Shown in pieces: positions 41,301 to 47,649 of a stretch of 64,000 nt of DNA. Source of the DNA: a virus (Duplodnaviria > Caudoviricetes); the IMG/VR virus record IMGVR_UViG_3300028887_000070, positions 167,847 through 231,846 of that record; one strand, given 5' to 3'. The position numbers and the translations under genes were made by a program. The notes below the pieces were generated by a model. It worked only from the letters and a program-made list of their open reading frames with translations, made no database searches and was not told where the DNA came from. Numbering within the stretch: position 1 is the stretch's first letter; each line of letters begins with the position of its first letter.

Positions 41301-42474
41301 TCTTAGTGATACCGTCGAATGGAACTGGACCTTTAGTGTACTTGGAAGTATCGAAGTTGCCTTCTCTATCCATCTTCATACCGAAGATGGATCCCATAAG
41401 CTTATTCATTCCAGTACCATTGAGTTTCATATTGTTCAACTGACCAAAGAGAGTATAGGCAAGACCACCAAGAACTTCGTTCAGATTATTTGCTGAAGCT
41501 TTGAAGTTCTTGTTGATGTTCTTCTTAAGAAAACCTTGAGTAAGGTCTCTCATTGGGTTAGCGAACATGAGAGCGAGAGTATTACCATCGCCGAGTTTAA
41601 ATGAATCCATAGAAAGACCAGTAGCTTCAGTGATAGTATCACCGATGTTCTTTCTGATAGCGTTCTTATAATCTCTGAGGTTAAGCATACCATTAGCATT
41701 AACTACGCTAGAAGCAGTAACTTTGTTCCCCTTTTTCTGACTCTGACGCTGGTCCTCATACAGATTTCTCTGCATCTTAAGCAGTTCATCGAGCTGAGCG
41801 ACTATAGTATTAGTGTTCTTCTCGATCTTCTCATAGAACTTGGCAGTCTTCTCCCAAGTCTTCTGTTGGTTCTTGATATTGGTATTAGCTGAATCGGAAA
41901 GCAGTCTAGTGATTCTTTCGAAACCATTGTTGACTGATCCCATAAGCTTTTCGTTCTGCATAAAGAGAAGAGTAGTATTCTCTCTAGATGCGTCTATCTG
42001 AGCCTTGCCTACAGTGACAATAGCATCAGTAGTCATCATCGTATTGAGCTTAGTATTCTTCTTGATAGCTGTAGCAATGATCTTATCACCATCGCTTACA
42101 TCCATACCTTCTTTATCCCAGTCGAACTCAGCTCCATCCATATCCCAGTCGTCACCGACACCAAGTCCGCCAAACTTTTCAGTGAGTCTAGTTTCACGGT
42201 CCTTAGCGTACCAGTCGCCAGTCTTGATATCTTCTATGAGTGAGTTTACACCTACAGAAGCAGCTACATAAACGTCGCTCTTCTGAATCCTGTCCTTGAC
42301 ACGTTTAAAAGTGGTACGATAGTCTCGCACCGAGTTATACGCGCCCTTTAAGGATTCATTGTTCTCTTCAATGAATGATTTAGGGTTGGTAAACATCTCT
42401 CCTGCTACATCAGCAGCAGAATAGATTACTGACTTACCAACGTTCTTAGCATATTGAGCTACCTTATTGAGCAT
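29344..42474 (-). CDS. tape measure protein (4376 aa) with C-terminal C39-like peptidase, phage tail lysozyme and M23 peptidase domains
   Basis: Long helical Ala/Gly/Lys-rich body with hydrophobic GxxxG segments; YQRD..SGCGP..HYVV (~31850-32340); GAIGNWEQE..GIMQWT (~31110-31620); HNGTDL..HLN..STGRHLHF (~30040-30460). Confidence 0.85.
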   Translation of the reverse strand: MLNKVAQYAKNVGKSVIYSAADVAGEMFTNPKSFIEENNESLKGAYNSVRDYRTTFKRVKDRIQKSDVYVAASVGVNSLIEDIKTGDWYAKDRETRLTEKFGGLGVGDDWDMDGAEFDWDKEGMDVSDGDKIIATAIKKNTKLNTMMTTDAIVTVGKAQIDASRENTTLLFMQNEKLMGSVNNGFERITRLLSDSANTNIKNQQKTWEKTAKFYEKIEKNTNTIVAQLDELLKMQRNLYEDQRQSQKKGNKVTASSVVNANGMLNLRDYKNAIRKNIGDTITEATGLSMDSFKLGDGNTLALMFANPMRDLTQGFLKKNINKNFKASANNLNEVLGGLAYTLFGQLNNMKLNGTGMNKLMGSIFGMKMDREGNFDTSKYTKGPVPFDGITKKAITEVMPHHLAKIASALTGEDEEIFDYNSGKWTTKRAKYNEILKNEKNKAMSAMGDFFSYMKQGVGGDFNKIMRNKKDADKFIKGLTAFANAFYENPDFNMLRNPREYGIDEDVAKFIQKSFQETKYNYRYTKKRDWRYGNGTAERDREQQRIAGLDWSKGNPILTGRDDVTVVLANTIKSVFESRKRNADKRKDIGNNPLSLELLFASEGIDINKNSGEWLERFKNKYGDYDQKSIMNSPTAKAIAMTADKYGYTIFDYLKHIKLDLAGIRNNGLFSIMLGGGDIGDASISREPMTFELKEKFDWKRLEAEHKRRERHDEDSFERRYQEEKAKWEQNERYRQSGDKRYNKRLRRPNRVDLSSDNVKGQFGSILNDITEEFKRDEVERQKQEKANQKDMFDVLEEWGLISSDEKKNAQAVKYDKEKDLKEQMKAAQGGKAKLLLARAYMKSIADKPWQYATDAMVSTEALIHDIFFKHAFKMKNEDGETVEEKGLFGMLQESFKGGFDSLTNMIGTKLEDFFTKEDGWWQKNVVKKLFAPDSFFGQLKEAIIGKPDGEGFRTGGIGDRIFDALKRNAHDVTEMARRDARSLTGKKDEESTSESSSSDSKYDWSSDNEKKKAIRQIVKSAFIPGKYTAQKITGFGTEYIKWAASEGLSYNDAARQSAVVNYFTNERTKPLPASDFNRVKNRFKRTTNTIKPDDEQRDKIRDLKNQFKGNKDDRFLDKCRNAFTVKGADDNEADKYIQFLISHNIGYSQMKADAGGNGQDVFDRYADLYLHGKTKAQDKDKKLQRLRIRRDNGFNTNIRDIGSIQIPEPPTPEITEQEKLKAEREKKISETLDKVIGPTLEKILTPLRKIAEALGNPINGNDNNPPTSAYGGVAKSNMTSILSPGEIVMGRGGSGVVPRMGVYGLSKGDVVINPASPSKASRQYAAERNYRNKLMANATVSEGTDTDEKTVRQSILDFFNNGEKMDVAADYLAKAGIGGVAGALLGMPLLGAGIGIATGLSKRSNGFANAIFGDLGENGERADNGLISTELQKAFPSMRKGALLGGALSLVTPLGPLAGILLGGAAGIAEHEGMFDGLIFGEDSLLGDKEKFKQKLPKIGLGALAGAVFSPIGLLPGALLGSAAGMVASTDKFKEFIFGKEVDGKKQGGVVGTIKKAFNPLKNFGQDLIESTMSAVFGEKVQDENGKEKREGGLMGEVKDWVIKPFKEGAESIAQSFKNVAQDIKDTFAEKIGQHFENVFGENLAARITDFLRNPLKKLIGGAVKVGGTIALSPFMAGAHMIKSVGNRLERGRIRRGTAFNRSAEERLQYRDQHKFGFGFDAVMRGRGFKNAESLEFDTNIADVARDRTSTQIGDIEAQLAALTTGDPYRDRYNQAKNDFSNSLLEYMNTADAGRVTKMLRYPAPDFKAAQKFIKSKAKGKDGRTLLDKADQEIILKALDQFKKDTQRIMQQQQVFKNTSKEQMLENLKKAGISEKFLKNKKGLEKLKKNFHTEYKSKYHQEAEDGIATPQGKIENNVAVISDQIADLPEKIGKAIWDAYYQYKDTNDQFNAEKYKRDSSFKQAKADYAKARGYASESMLSDYEIETINSQMGYTDDEALLSRIRHDRSKVTSGLASASGLRGDVSERLAAIREQNPSMSNDEIRLQALESLERDHDLRNASAGGNANARNFGGFKHQNNFLARRGIGAAKLGARAVGVVGAVGSHVPLVGGLFNKMGSKANALAGWLGENQKYSVGSKARQGDVDKRGNILTVTDDAYVTKRRRILGKIVSEMYEKFKNSYKPRHKGVKYKGTVYPFTVDGFKEYVKAAFPEFEKEGSFSKELSLMQKKRKKDYADLIDRILNLKINQKLLGEAEKYFDANKPVEGDGEIHTNAFLSDGFHPIRAVKNFFSGNKNSEKGSKDAQDNEKNSVFSKMLTELKGIKDNTKESLKDKIGNIKEKGGSLIQKIIKGAVKVAIFAPLFAGIYKQFVKPWVKEHLMPFFKDKLGPLFLGKKNTYQDEDGNTVEKWEGGMFSGLANMISPALAKVKNFFKGVKDWIFNQGKYAAPDKGSSGLLHTLVDLWKLGADAIMTKLPKVLEGVKNGVGSVVTKGFEIVTTNAIPALFKGVGYAVKGVINAIKKPNSTEVGQGDPSSLVDVANNIDAYNQLNAADQAIVTDAKSVHTVTNPFTGAKNIFAVSNEGEINQVGSGSGYQIGSDMAKLNSSLGVLSGGNKVTAVGTSETINATSTRTDIAGDAVYYADDDTEHKNPLRMDANGNYYKAKDLIEAQNSNYRTSNVWNSMHAEENLINAEEADASNVSQASLGNRLVSGYGKRALIGNKSYKGLYALSSRLFGKGTQKAAIGVKKTLGRMPGFGGKVFKGVGTVAEKEGKAIEKLTDKASNRGAKMGWKNKLINKLADKIEDKGLDKILSTNVKDLFKKNAKEVAEEGIEQGAKGAITKMEKEVAEKAAREVAGEAVEKVAKEGGEKALKEMAEEAAEKGAKKAITEGAEKAAKSGILSKLTGFIKNAFKKLFGDGSVLKEFIEGIASKFGKKITSKGVEEGIEEGAEKAAKEVVEQCAKKSVTIAGKVIGAIIEVAVMLIDYAKGKTQAADILQVTPDEVDSVDRQLAGLAKVLSGLVIVLTPNQCVGAVIHLFEAIAKCGLEDEYIQRQQDAKEFIAAYNKEHGANMSLEEYNYSREKNKLDRVFWNYADKAGNGLVGAVTNIPGRIKTQIKNLKEGGIKKAWAQTVDWAGKDTKAIGNWFKDAGKDIWNTDAVKGIRKGARAAGDWIVEKGAGAGKAVKGAVSKGWNTVKGWFNARADQNMYPIPSALLNGLGMDPSGVTGTIQDSIKNGLSNAFGKVSDIGKTFKSLVSKNSSVDKKINDGTLTPLDSKFWEVRGDSNGGIADSMFSLKELMERVVKAPFAIVSNTMKNVTGAMSSDKGDIKTAKVSTGADSKSDTSFTSKLTSSIKTGISKIKSIFGMGSDDSYGNGTYDPDHIYQRDYNGSYSTKGDSTRQTLADSGCGPAAAATVARKFGIRDANITEAGKYAMSNNYKEVNGGTYPAFFTDYLANKGIPANVTSSNKSVLKSLLNGNPVVLMGNDYSNSGNTPYGSQAHYVVATGIDKNGKVIVEDSESRTSGDRYDLASTLANSSVKITTGMGKETLLSKFISNTANAILVPYGKILKNVLSTSSTKKGSTSGSVGGNPGDASKMKGKTLTLSDDAGNTHTISITDDEVELYAMLTGECGLSPAAACGAIGNWEQECGINSIRSVATKGVIWYGGGIMQWTPGSKHENWARDNGFAGDVWSWEANLEHAKHEIMNGGNWANPANASPSFASQGLTPVGSFEEFKKLSDPESAAANFERVFEVSGDWNGRNSEGVHYSENMIYDRLRRLNAKILYELIVNGKSDTDSTGKGRANRILSRFGKGTDGYDYMAYYDDAKATYDKRMKEMNDLKNHNGSFKNLSGPGYDAAWNRVNEDLQKAKIQFDMAETFRNLKKVGKTDAEAFETVYKSRTNMGNSFPDKYGTVIKDTRTHKEISENAKADEAAKSGTTTSTASTSSGKQSLFSILSNDIIAASKKLFGPLYDALFGDTADEEGSSSSGVPGDVNTNFNGQIVAPFRGKFKCSCRFGWYNDGVHPNGHNGTDLLSCGSSDEDWTVYSLCDGVVTHVTSGYAPNTGCLGSSDGGGAGNYVEITGTDGYIYQFMHLNAIHQDIKENAQVYIGSPIGIGGHTGSSTGRHLHFGIKKSDGTFVNPEVYIMGFPNDDIVEYQEYESHLFTGQGKTAPKISMSEFKFGKARTPRTVSQSRQAELAMRMKSANKKIYNTLGAENQSYRRKLLKTRAEDNRNPQLIQTGIYADAVHNTARRSVIPQTNIKINGSDAVSIPVNSGMGMGRGSESTINLELTSVVEILKTIADNSARNEQIVQLLAAIVANTAAKNGDATTADLLKLITTAGGRPNTSAPITALNSILNNSTSKDISSAVYQIAKN

Positions 42475-42497
42475 AAGGTTCCCTCCTTTCTGTCAGA

Positions 42498-42542
42498 TTA
42501 CTAAGATGTTCCTCCCTCCAAATTGGTACGATTGTATACTAT
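42498..42542. promoter_or_regulatory. back-to-back late-type (AACAtcttagTAA, minus, 42498-42510) and early-type (TGTATACTAT, plus, 42533-42542) promoters
   Basis: Both motifs lie in the divergent tape measure/polymerase intergenic region. Confidence 0.6.
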
Positions 42543-42615
42543 TAGAGAGCAATCAACCATTAAATAATCAAGTAATCGTACGTGTTTGGGACGATTATGA
42601 ACAAGGAGGAAAACT

Positions 42616-44772
42616 ATGATACCTATTTCAAACAAAGGTCTTACCATCTATAAGACTGAAATGAAAGAAGCATTGAGACTGTCTTTCCCAAGACTGTTCG
42701 ATGCAGATATTGATGCAGCTATAGACTACTCTATAGCCAAGAGATTCTCAGACACACCAGTGAGACTGGATAACAACTATACACATAATCAACAGGACAC
42801 CACACTCTATAATGTCTTGAACTACATCATAGAACGAGAACCCATAGTAACCGTATCTGGTGTTCTCTTTAAGAAGCATGGTACATGTCCTAACCCATAT
42901 GTAGATCTCATTCAGGAGTTCCTGACTAAGAGAGCTGAGTATAAGGGAATGATGCTTAAGTATCCTAAGGGATCTGAAATGTATGAGAAGTACAACCTCC
43001 TTCAGCTTTCTGAGAAGGTATCGGCGAATGCTATCTATGGAGCTAGTGGTAATCATACATCTATCTTCTACAACGTTAACGTTGCATCATCTATCACAAT
43101 GCAGGGTCAGAACTGTATTGCTACAGCTCTTCTGTTGTTTGAAGCTACACTTAACAACAACGTTAAGTTTGGTTCACTCAACGAGATCATACAGTTCATC
43201 AACAACGTTCGTCGTGAGAGACCTACTCGTAAGTATAATGACTATGATGTCATTGATATGCCAGTATCAGCATATGATGTATTCTGTCAGCTTATCTGTA
43301 CATGTGGTTTCTACTACAGACCTTCAGAAAAGGATCTAATGATTGTATGGGATATCATCAATCAGCTTGACCAGGAAGACCTTAACCGTATCTTCTTCAA
43401 GAACAACCTCTTCTACTTCTTCGATAATAAGTATGTAATGGATAAGGTTGTATACTTCCTTAGTCTGCTTCCGATACACTTCATGGATCCGAACAAAACT
43501 CCTAATGCTAAGGATATCTATGATGCTCTTAAGGATACCGATAACCCGATGACTGAAGAACAGGCTAGTCATCTTGCAGATCAGATCAAAGCAGCGCTTG
43601 ATGAAGTATATGAACTCGTTAAGGAGTATGTATACTATGGTCATCAGTATATGGATCGTCTCGACAGAGCAGAAAACATGGTTCGTTCGGTATCTATCCT
43701 TACTGATACTGACTCTTGTTTCATCAGCTTCGACGGATGGTATCGTTATCTTCTCGCTAAGACACTCAAGATTCCAATGAGGATTAAGGAGATCGAGCAG
43801 AATAATGAGGGTAAGGTATGGAGAGCAGACGTTCATTCATATGACTATGACTTCTTCAAGGATGAAGTTATCGATCTTCAGCAGACTCTGAGTGATGATA
43901 ACTCTGTAGGTCCTACAGCAGGATATCGTTGTTCACTCATCAATGTGCTTGCTCACATTATGGGTCGTCTGTCGATTGACTATATGACAAGGTACTCAAC
44001 CAACTCCAATGCTATCAAGACGGCAGATGGTCAGATACGTAAATCATTCTTCATACTCAAGAACGAGTTCCAGCTTAAGCAGGCTCTCGTTACAATGGTA
44101 AAGAAGAACTACTGTTGTTATCAGGAACGTCAGGAGAATGCGTTCATTCCTCTTGAAGAAGCTCTCGATGTTAAGGGTATGCCTATCCGTAAGGTTGGAA
44201 TACCTGAAAAGACAGCAAGAAGAATTGAAGAAATCCTATGGTACTTCGTGCTCAATGCTGAGCAGATCTCTCAGATAGATATCATCAAACAGCTTGCTGC
44301 TCTTGAGAAGATGATCTATGACTCTCTCATGGCAGGTGATAAGAGCTACTTCAAGCCTCAGCGTATAAAGGCATCGTCTGGTTATGCGGATCCTATGGGA
44401 CAGTATACCATTAAGGCAGCTGTAGCATACAATCTTCTTAGAAGAGATAATGAGCCAATCATCGACCTTACTACACGTAACACAGTTCTGATCATCAAGA
44501 CGGATATGACAGAAAAGAATATCGATCAGATTAAGGATACATTCCCAGATGTATATGAGAGAGCAGTAAAGATGCTCACATCAAAGGACTTCAAGGGAGA
44601 GTGTGGTAACATTGCTATACTTTCTGAAGAAGATGTACCAGAGTGGGTTAAACCATTCATCAACTATACACAGGTTATCAATGATAACATTGCTACATTC
44701 CCAGTAGAAGCTCTCGGCATTGACAGACGAGAGAAAAAGAGCGTAAACTTCACTAACATTGTATCCCTGTAA
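42616..44772 (+). CDS. B-family DNA polymerase, catalytic (palm/fingers/thumb) subunit of a split phiKZ-type polymerase
   Basis: KVSANAIYG (motif B), LTDTDS (motif C), KKNY and DVKG; no N-terminal 3'-5' exonuclease motifs seen. Confidence 0.88.
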   Translation: MIPISNKGLTIYKTEMKEALRLSFPRLFDADIDAAIDYSIAKRFSDTPVRLDNNYTHNQQDTTLYNVLNYIIEREPIVTVSGVLFKKHGTCPNPYVDLIQEFLTKRAEYKGMMLKYPKGSEMYEKYNLLQLSEKVSANAIYGASGNHTSIFYNVNVASSITMQGQNCIATALLLFEATLNNNVKFGSLNEIIQFINNVRRERPTRKYNDYDVIDMPVSAYDVFCQLICTCGFYYRPSEKDLMIVWDIINQLDQEDLNRIFFKNNLFYFFDNKYVMDKVVYFLSLLPIHFMDPNKTPNAKDIYDALKDTDNPMTEEQASHLADQIKAALDEVYELVKEYVYYGHQYMDRLDRAENMVRSVSILTDTDSCFISFDGWYRYLLAKTLKIPMRIKEIEQNNEGKVWRADVHSYDYDFFKDEVIDLQQTLSDDNSVGPTAGYRCSLINVLAHIMGRLSIDYMTRYSTNSNAIKTADGQIRKSFFILKNEFQLKQALVTMVKKNYCCYQERQENAFIPLEEALDVKGMPIRKVGIPEKTARRIEEILWYFVLNAEQISQIDIIKQLAALEKMIYDSLMAGDKSYFKPQRIKASSGYADPMGQYTIKAAVAYNLLRRDNEPIIDLTTRNTVLIIKTDMTEKNIDQIKDTFPDVYERAVKMLTSKDFKGECGNIAILSEEDVPEWVKPFINYTQVINDNIATFPVEALGIDRREKKSVNFTNIVSL

Positions 44773-44776
44773 GGCT

Positions 44777-44803
44777 ATGGGTAGGGAGTTCTTCCCTACC
44801 CAT
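44777..44803 (+). terminator. intrinsic terminator (GGGTAGG/CCTACCC family)
   Basis: ATGGGTAGGGA-N5-TCCCTACCCAT with a T-rich tail. Confidence 0.75.
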
Positions 44804-44829
44804 TTCCTTCTTTTTAGTCGTTCTGATAG

Positions 44830-44842
44830 AACTATTATATAA
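44830..44842 (+). promoter_or_regulatory. late-type promoter AACT-N6-TAA
   Basis: AACTattataTAA. Confidence 0.6.
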
Positions 44843-44895
44843 TCAGCAGTGGCATTCATACCACTCAGATATACTAAACAAGGAGGAATCCAACT

Positions 44896-45342
44896 ATGGG
44901 AATATATTCACAGTCAACTGGAGTAAGTCCTGAGGTTGATGCTATCGACGTAAACATGGACGAACTCATGGAGGCTTTCTTCTATGACGATTTCGCTAAC
45001 TGCAGCGATGAGGAAAAGAAAGCTCTCTTCGAATCCGCAGAGATCGCTCTTCTCGAGAAGAAGAACATCACTAACCGCAAGACAATGGTTAGACTTAACA
45101 AGAATGATGATATCAGCCGTCGTACAACAATGGCTGCTCTTCAGCTTGCTAAGGATAACAATGATCCTCTCTGGAAGGCTCTTAAGATCAACCGTATCAA
45201 AGAGCGTAAGCTTCTCGCAGCTATCGAGAAGAAATACAACTCAAGAGCTCAGAAAGTTGCAAGAGTTGGCCAGAAGGAATACCTCAAGAATGTCAACAAG
45301 CCTAAGATGCTTAAGGCTGCAGACATTTCTCACAGAGACTAA
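44896..45342 (+). CDS. small head protein with acidic propeptide and basic mature region (starts MGIYSQ)
   Basis: Late-type promoter; LME-A, LFE-S and LLE-K sites followed by a Lys/Arg-rich C-terminus. Confidence 0.65.
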   Translation: MGIYSQSTGVSPEVDAIDVNMDELMEAFFYDDFANCSDEEKKALFESAEIALLEKKNITNRKTMVRLNKNDDISRRTTMAALQLAKDNNDPLWKALKINRIKERKLLAAIEKKYNSRAQKVARVGQKEYLKNVNKPKMLKAADISHRD

Positions 45343-45348
45343 TTGTGT

Positions 45349-45371
45349 GAGGGTAGGCATTGCCTACCCTC
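45349..45371. repeat. 23-bp palindrome GAGGGTAGGCA-w-TGCCTACCCTC, copy 1
   Basis: Exact reverse complement of 53420-53442. Confidence 0.8.
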
Positions 45372-45388
45372 TCAATCACGTCTTTCGT

Positions 45389-45398
45389 TGTATATTAT
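45389..45398 (+). promoter_or_regulatory. early-type promoter TGTATATTAT
   Basis: Motif followed by a 5' hairpin, upstream of the RNAP subunit gene. Confidence 0.6.
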
Positions 45399-45459
45399 AG
45401 GAACGACAGTAGAGGTTTACCTGTACTGAAACTATCCAATACTAAGGAGGTAGAGGACA

Positions 45460-47601
45460 ATGACAAGAACCGATTTATATGGAGTATGGTCATGCCTATT
45501 CCAGAATCAACCCGTAGAGATCATAGCCGAAGATCTCGACAATACTAAACTTAATGATTACCGTATAGGACTGCAGAACTTGATAACCGACAATGTCGAA
45601 CAACCATTGATGCAGACTAAGGTAACAGTCACATTTAGAGACTATAAGAAGAGTGTAAGACTTACACTTCCTGATCTTATGGTTAACCTTTGTATGTGGG
45701 GCTTTGTTGTTGAAGCTGGACATACACTCAGACCTTGGCATCTGTTCTTCTGTAAGAAGGGAATAGATAAGAAGGCTATAGCAAACTATATCAACAAGTT
45801 TGCCATCATACCAAACAGAGATACTATGGAACCGAAGAGACTCAATGAAATGATCTATACGAATCATAAGACTCTCAAGTTTGCAGAGAAGTTTGCACCA
45901 TACTATAACAACTCTATCAACTATGAAGACTTTATCCTTATGGCGAACAATTGTCCTGAGTTCGATGAGCTGATGCATAAGGATTACTCTATGCTACCAG
46001 CCGATCAGATGAATGCGGAGGCAATGAAGGATTGTAATAGAATCATTGAGCTTATCCTTGAGAGTAAGAAGTGGATCGGAAGAGACCATTGCCTTGCAGA
46101 TGCTTTCAGGGCTAAAGTAGGCGTAAAGCCGAAGCAGTTTAGAGAGATGATCTCTAACATTGGTATCAAGCCTAACGGTGAGGGAGGAATCTTCCCGCAC
46201 TCTATAGACGCTTCTTATATGAGAGGTGGTCTTAATCGTTTTGAATGGATGGTCGCTGAAGCTGGCATTGGTCGTCAGGCTCAGATTCTGTCCAAGCAGA
46301 ACACAGCAGATTCAGGTGCTTTCGCCAGAGTACTTGGTCTGAACCAAATTGATACGAGTCTCTATACCGATGAGTTCGGTAACGTTGATCCTGATTATGA
46401 TTGCCATACCAAGAACTTCGTTGAAGTAACTCTCACTGAAGAGAATATAGAGATGTATCAGGATAGATACTTCAGATTTCATCCTGATGGAATGGAATAT
46501 AACACTGGTTGTCTCAATACTCTTAGACATGATCTTGTAGGTCAGACAATCTATCTGAGATCTCCTATCACTTGTGCAAGCGCAGCCAGAGGACAGGGCA
46601 TTTGTAGGAAGTGCTATGGAAATCTCTTCATGAGCAATCGCATCGTGAACATCGGTAAGATTGCTGCAGAGTTAATCTCACAGACTCTCACTCAGCTTAT
46701 GCTGTCCGCTAAGCATCTTCTTGAGGCTAAGATTAGTAAGATTGAGTGGAGCATTCCTCAGGAGCAGTTCGATCAGTTCTTCACATTCGATGATGAGGAT
46801 ATCTATATAAACAGCGAGTTCCTTGGAGGTAAGAAGTGGTTACTTCATATCGATAGAGATAGCGTAGATACGGAAACAGTTGTAGCTATGAGTGATAGCG
46901 ATGGTGATAGTGATGACTTCGATATTCTTAGAGACTACATCACTCAGTTCGAGATCATAACTCCAGAGGGAGAAGTGCTTGAGGTTCACGGAACTAATAA
47001 TGAGTGTCTGTATCTCCAGGATGAGTTCTGTAAGCTGATCAACTCTAAGCAGTATGAAGACGAGACAGACATTTTCATTCCTATCACAGATCTTCAGCAG
47101 TCTAGAATACCTGTCTTTGGTGTAGGTATCTATAATGATGATCTTGGTAAGAATCTAAAGGAAGTTATGTCTATCATCAATCTCAAGACAAAGACTTGTA
47201 ACTATACAAGACATGAGATTCTTAGAGACTTCATCAATAAGCTTATCGATTGTGGTATGGGTGGTATCCGTTCCGTCCATGCAGAAATCATAATCATGAA
47301 CCAGATCAGAGCTGTAGACGATGTACTTCTCAAGCCAGACTGGGACTATCCAGATCAGGAGTATAGAATACTCACTCTTCGTCAGGCTCTTGAGACTAAT
47401 CCGAGCATTCAGGTTACCATGCAGTATGAGAACCTTGCTCGTACACTGTACAAACCAATCTCCTTCAGAAAGACAGCACCTAGTAAGCTCGACATGTTTG
47501 CTCATGTTCAGCCGCAGGTTTACATGGCAGAGAAGGTAGAGAGTGAAGTACAGACTAAACCTCTCTTCGAGATCATCGATAGAAGAGAGAACAAAAACTA
47601 A
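45460..47601 (+). CDS. phage multisubunit RNA polymerase beta'-C-terminal-like subunit (probably non-virion RNAP)
   Basis: Bridge helix KQNTADSGAFAR; Zn site RSPITC...GICRKCYG; trigger loop IGKIAAELISQTLTQLMLSAKH; HAEIII. No NADFDGD, consistent with a split beta'. Confidence 0.88.
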   Translation: MTRTDLYGVWSCLFQNQPVEIIAEDLDNTKLNDYRIGLQNLITDNVEQPLMQTKVTVTFRDYKKSVRLTLPDLMVNLCMWGFVVEAGHTLRPWHLFFCKKGIDKKAIANYINKFAIIPNRDTMEPKRLNEMIYTNHKTLKFAEKFAPYYNNSINYEDFILMANNCPEFDELMHKDYSMLPADQMNAEAMKDCNRIIELILESKKWIGRDHCLADAFRAKVGVKPKQFREMISNIGIKPNGEGGIFPHSIDASYMRGGLNRFEWMVAEAGIGRQAQILSKQNTADSGAFARVLGLNQIDTSLYTDEFGNVDPDYDCHTKNFVEVTLTEENIEMYQDRYFRFHPDGMEYNTGCLNTLRHDLVGQTIYLRSPITCASAARGQGICRKCYGNLFMSNRIVNIGKIAAELISQTLTQLMLSAKHLLEAKISKIEWSIPQEQFDQFFTFDDEDIYINSEFLGGKKWLLHIDRDSVDTETVVAMSDSDGDSDDFDILRDYITQFEIITPEGEVLEVHGTNNECLYLQDEFCKLINSKQYEDETDIFIPITDLQQSRIPVFGVGIYNDDLGKNLKEVMSIINLKTKTCNYTRHEILRDFINKLIDCGMGGIRSVHAEIIIMNQIRAVDDVLLKPDWDYPDQEYRILTLRQALETNPSIQVTMQYENLARTLYKPISFRKTAPSKLDMFAHVQPQVYMAEKVESEVQTKPLFEIIDRRENKN

Positions 47602-47602
47602 C

Positions 47603-47630
47603 GAGTGGGGAGGATATTTCCTCCCCATTC
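47603..47630 (+). terminator. intrinsic terminator
   Basis: GAGTGGGGAGGA-tatt-TCCTCCCCATTC followed by a T-tract. Confidence 0.7.
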
Positions 47631-47649
47631 TTTTTAGGGAGGACAACCA

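Noticed and set aside
29731-42271. Many antisense and alternate-frame ORFs over the tape measure and other long genes
   Set aside because: They look like shadows of biased codon usage; no convincing RBS or protein motifs were seen.
42475-42615. Tail assembly chaperone frameshift gene upstream of the tape measure
   Set aside because: No upstream ORF; the tape measure has its own promoter in a divergent intergenic region.
46885-46925. SDSDGDSDD as the RNAP catalytic DxDGD motif
   Set aside because: It lies in an acidic loop after the trigger loop and lacks the NADFDGD context; the catalytic motif should be in a separate beta'-N subunit.
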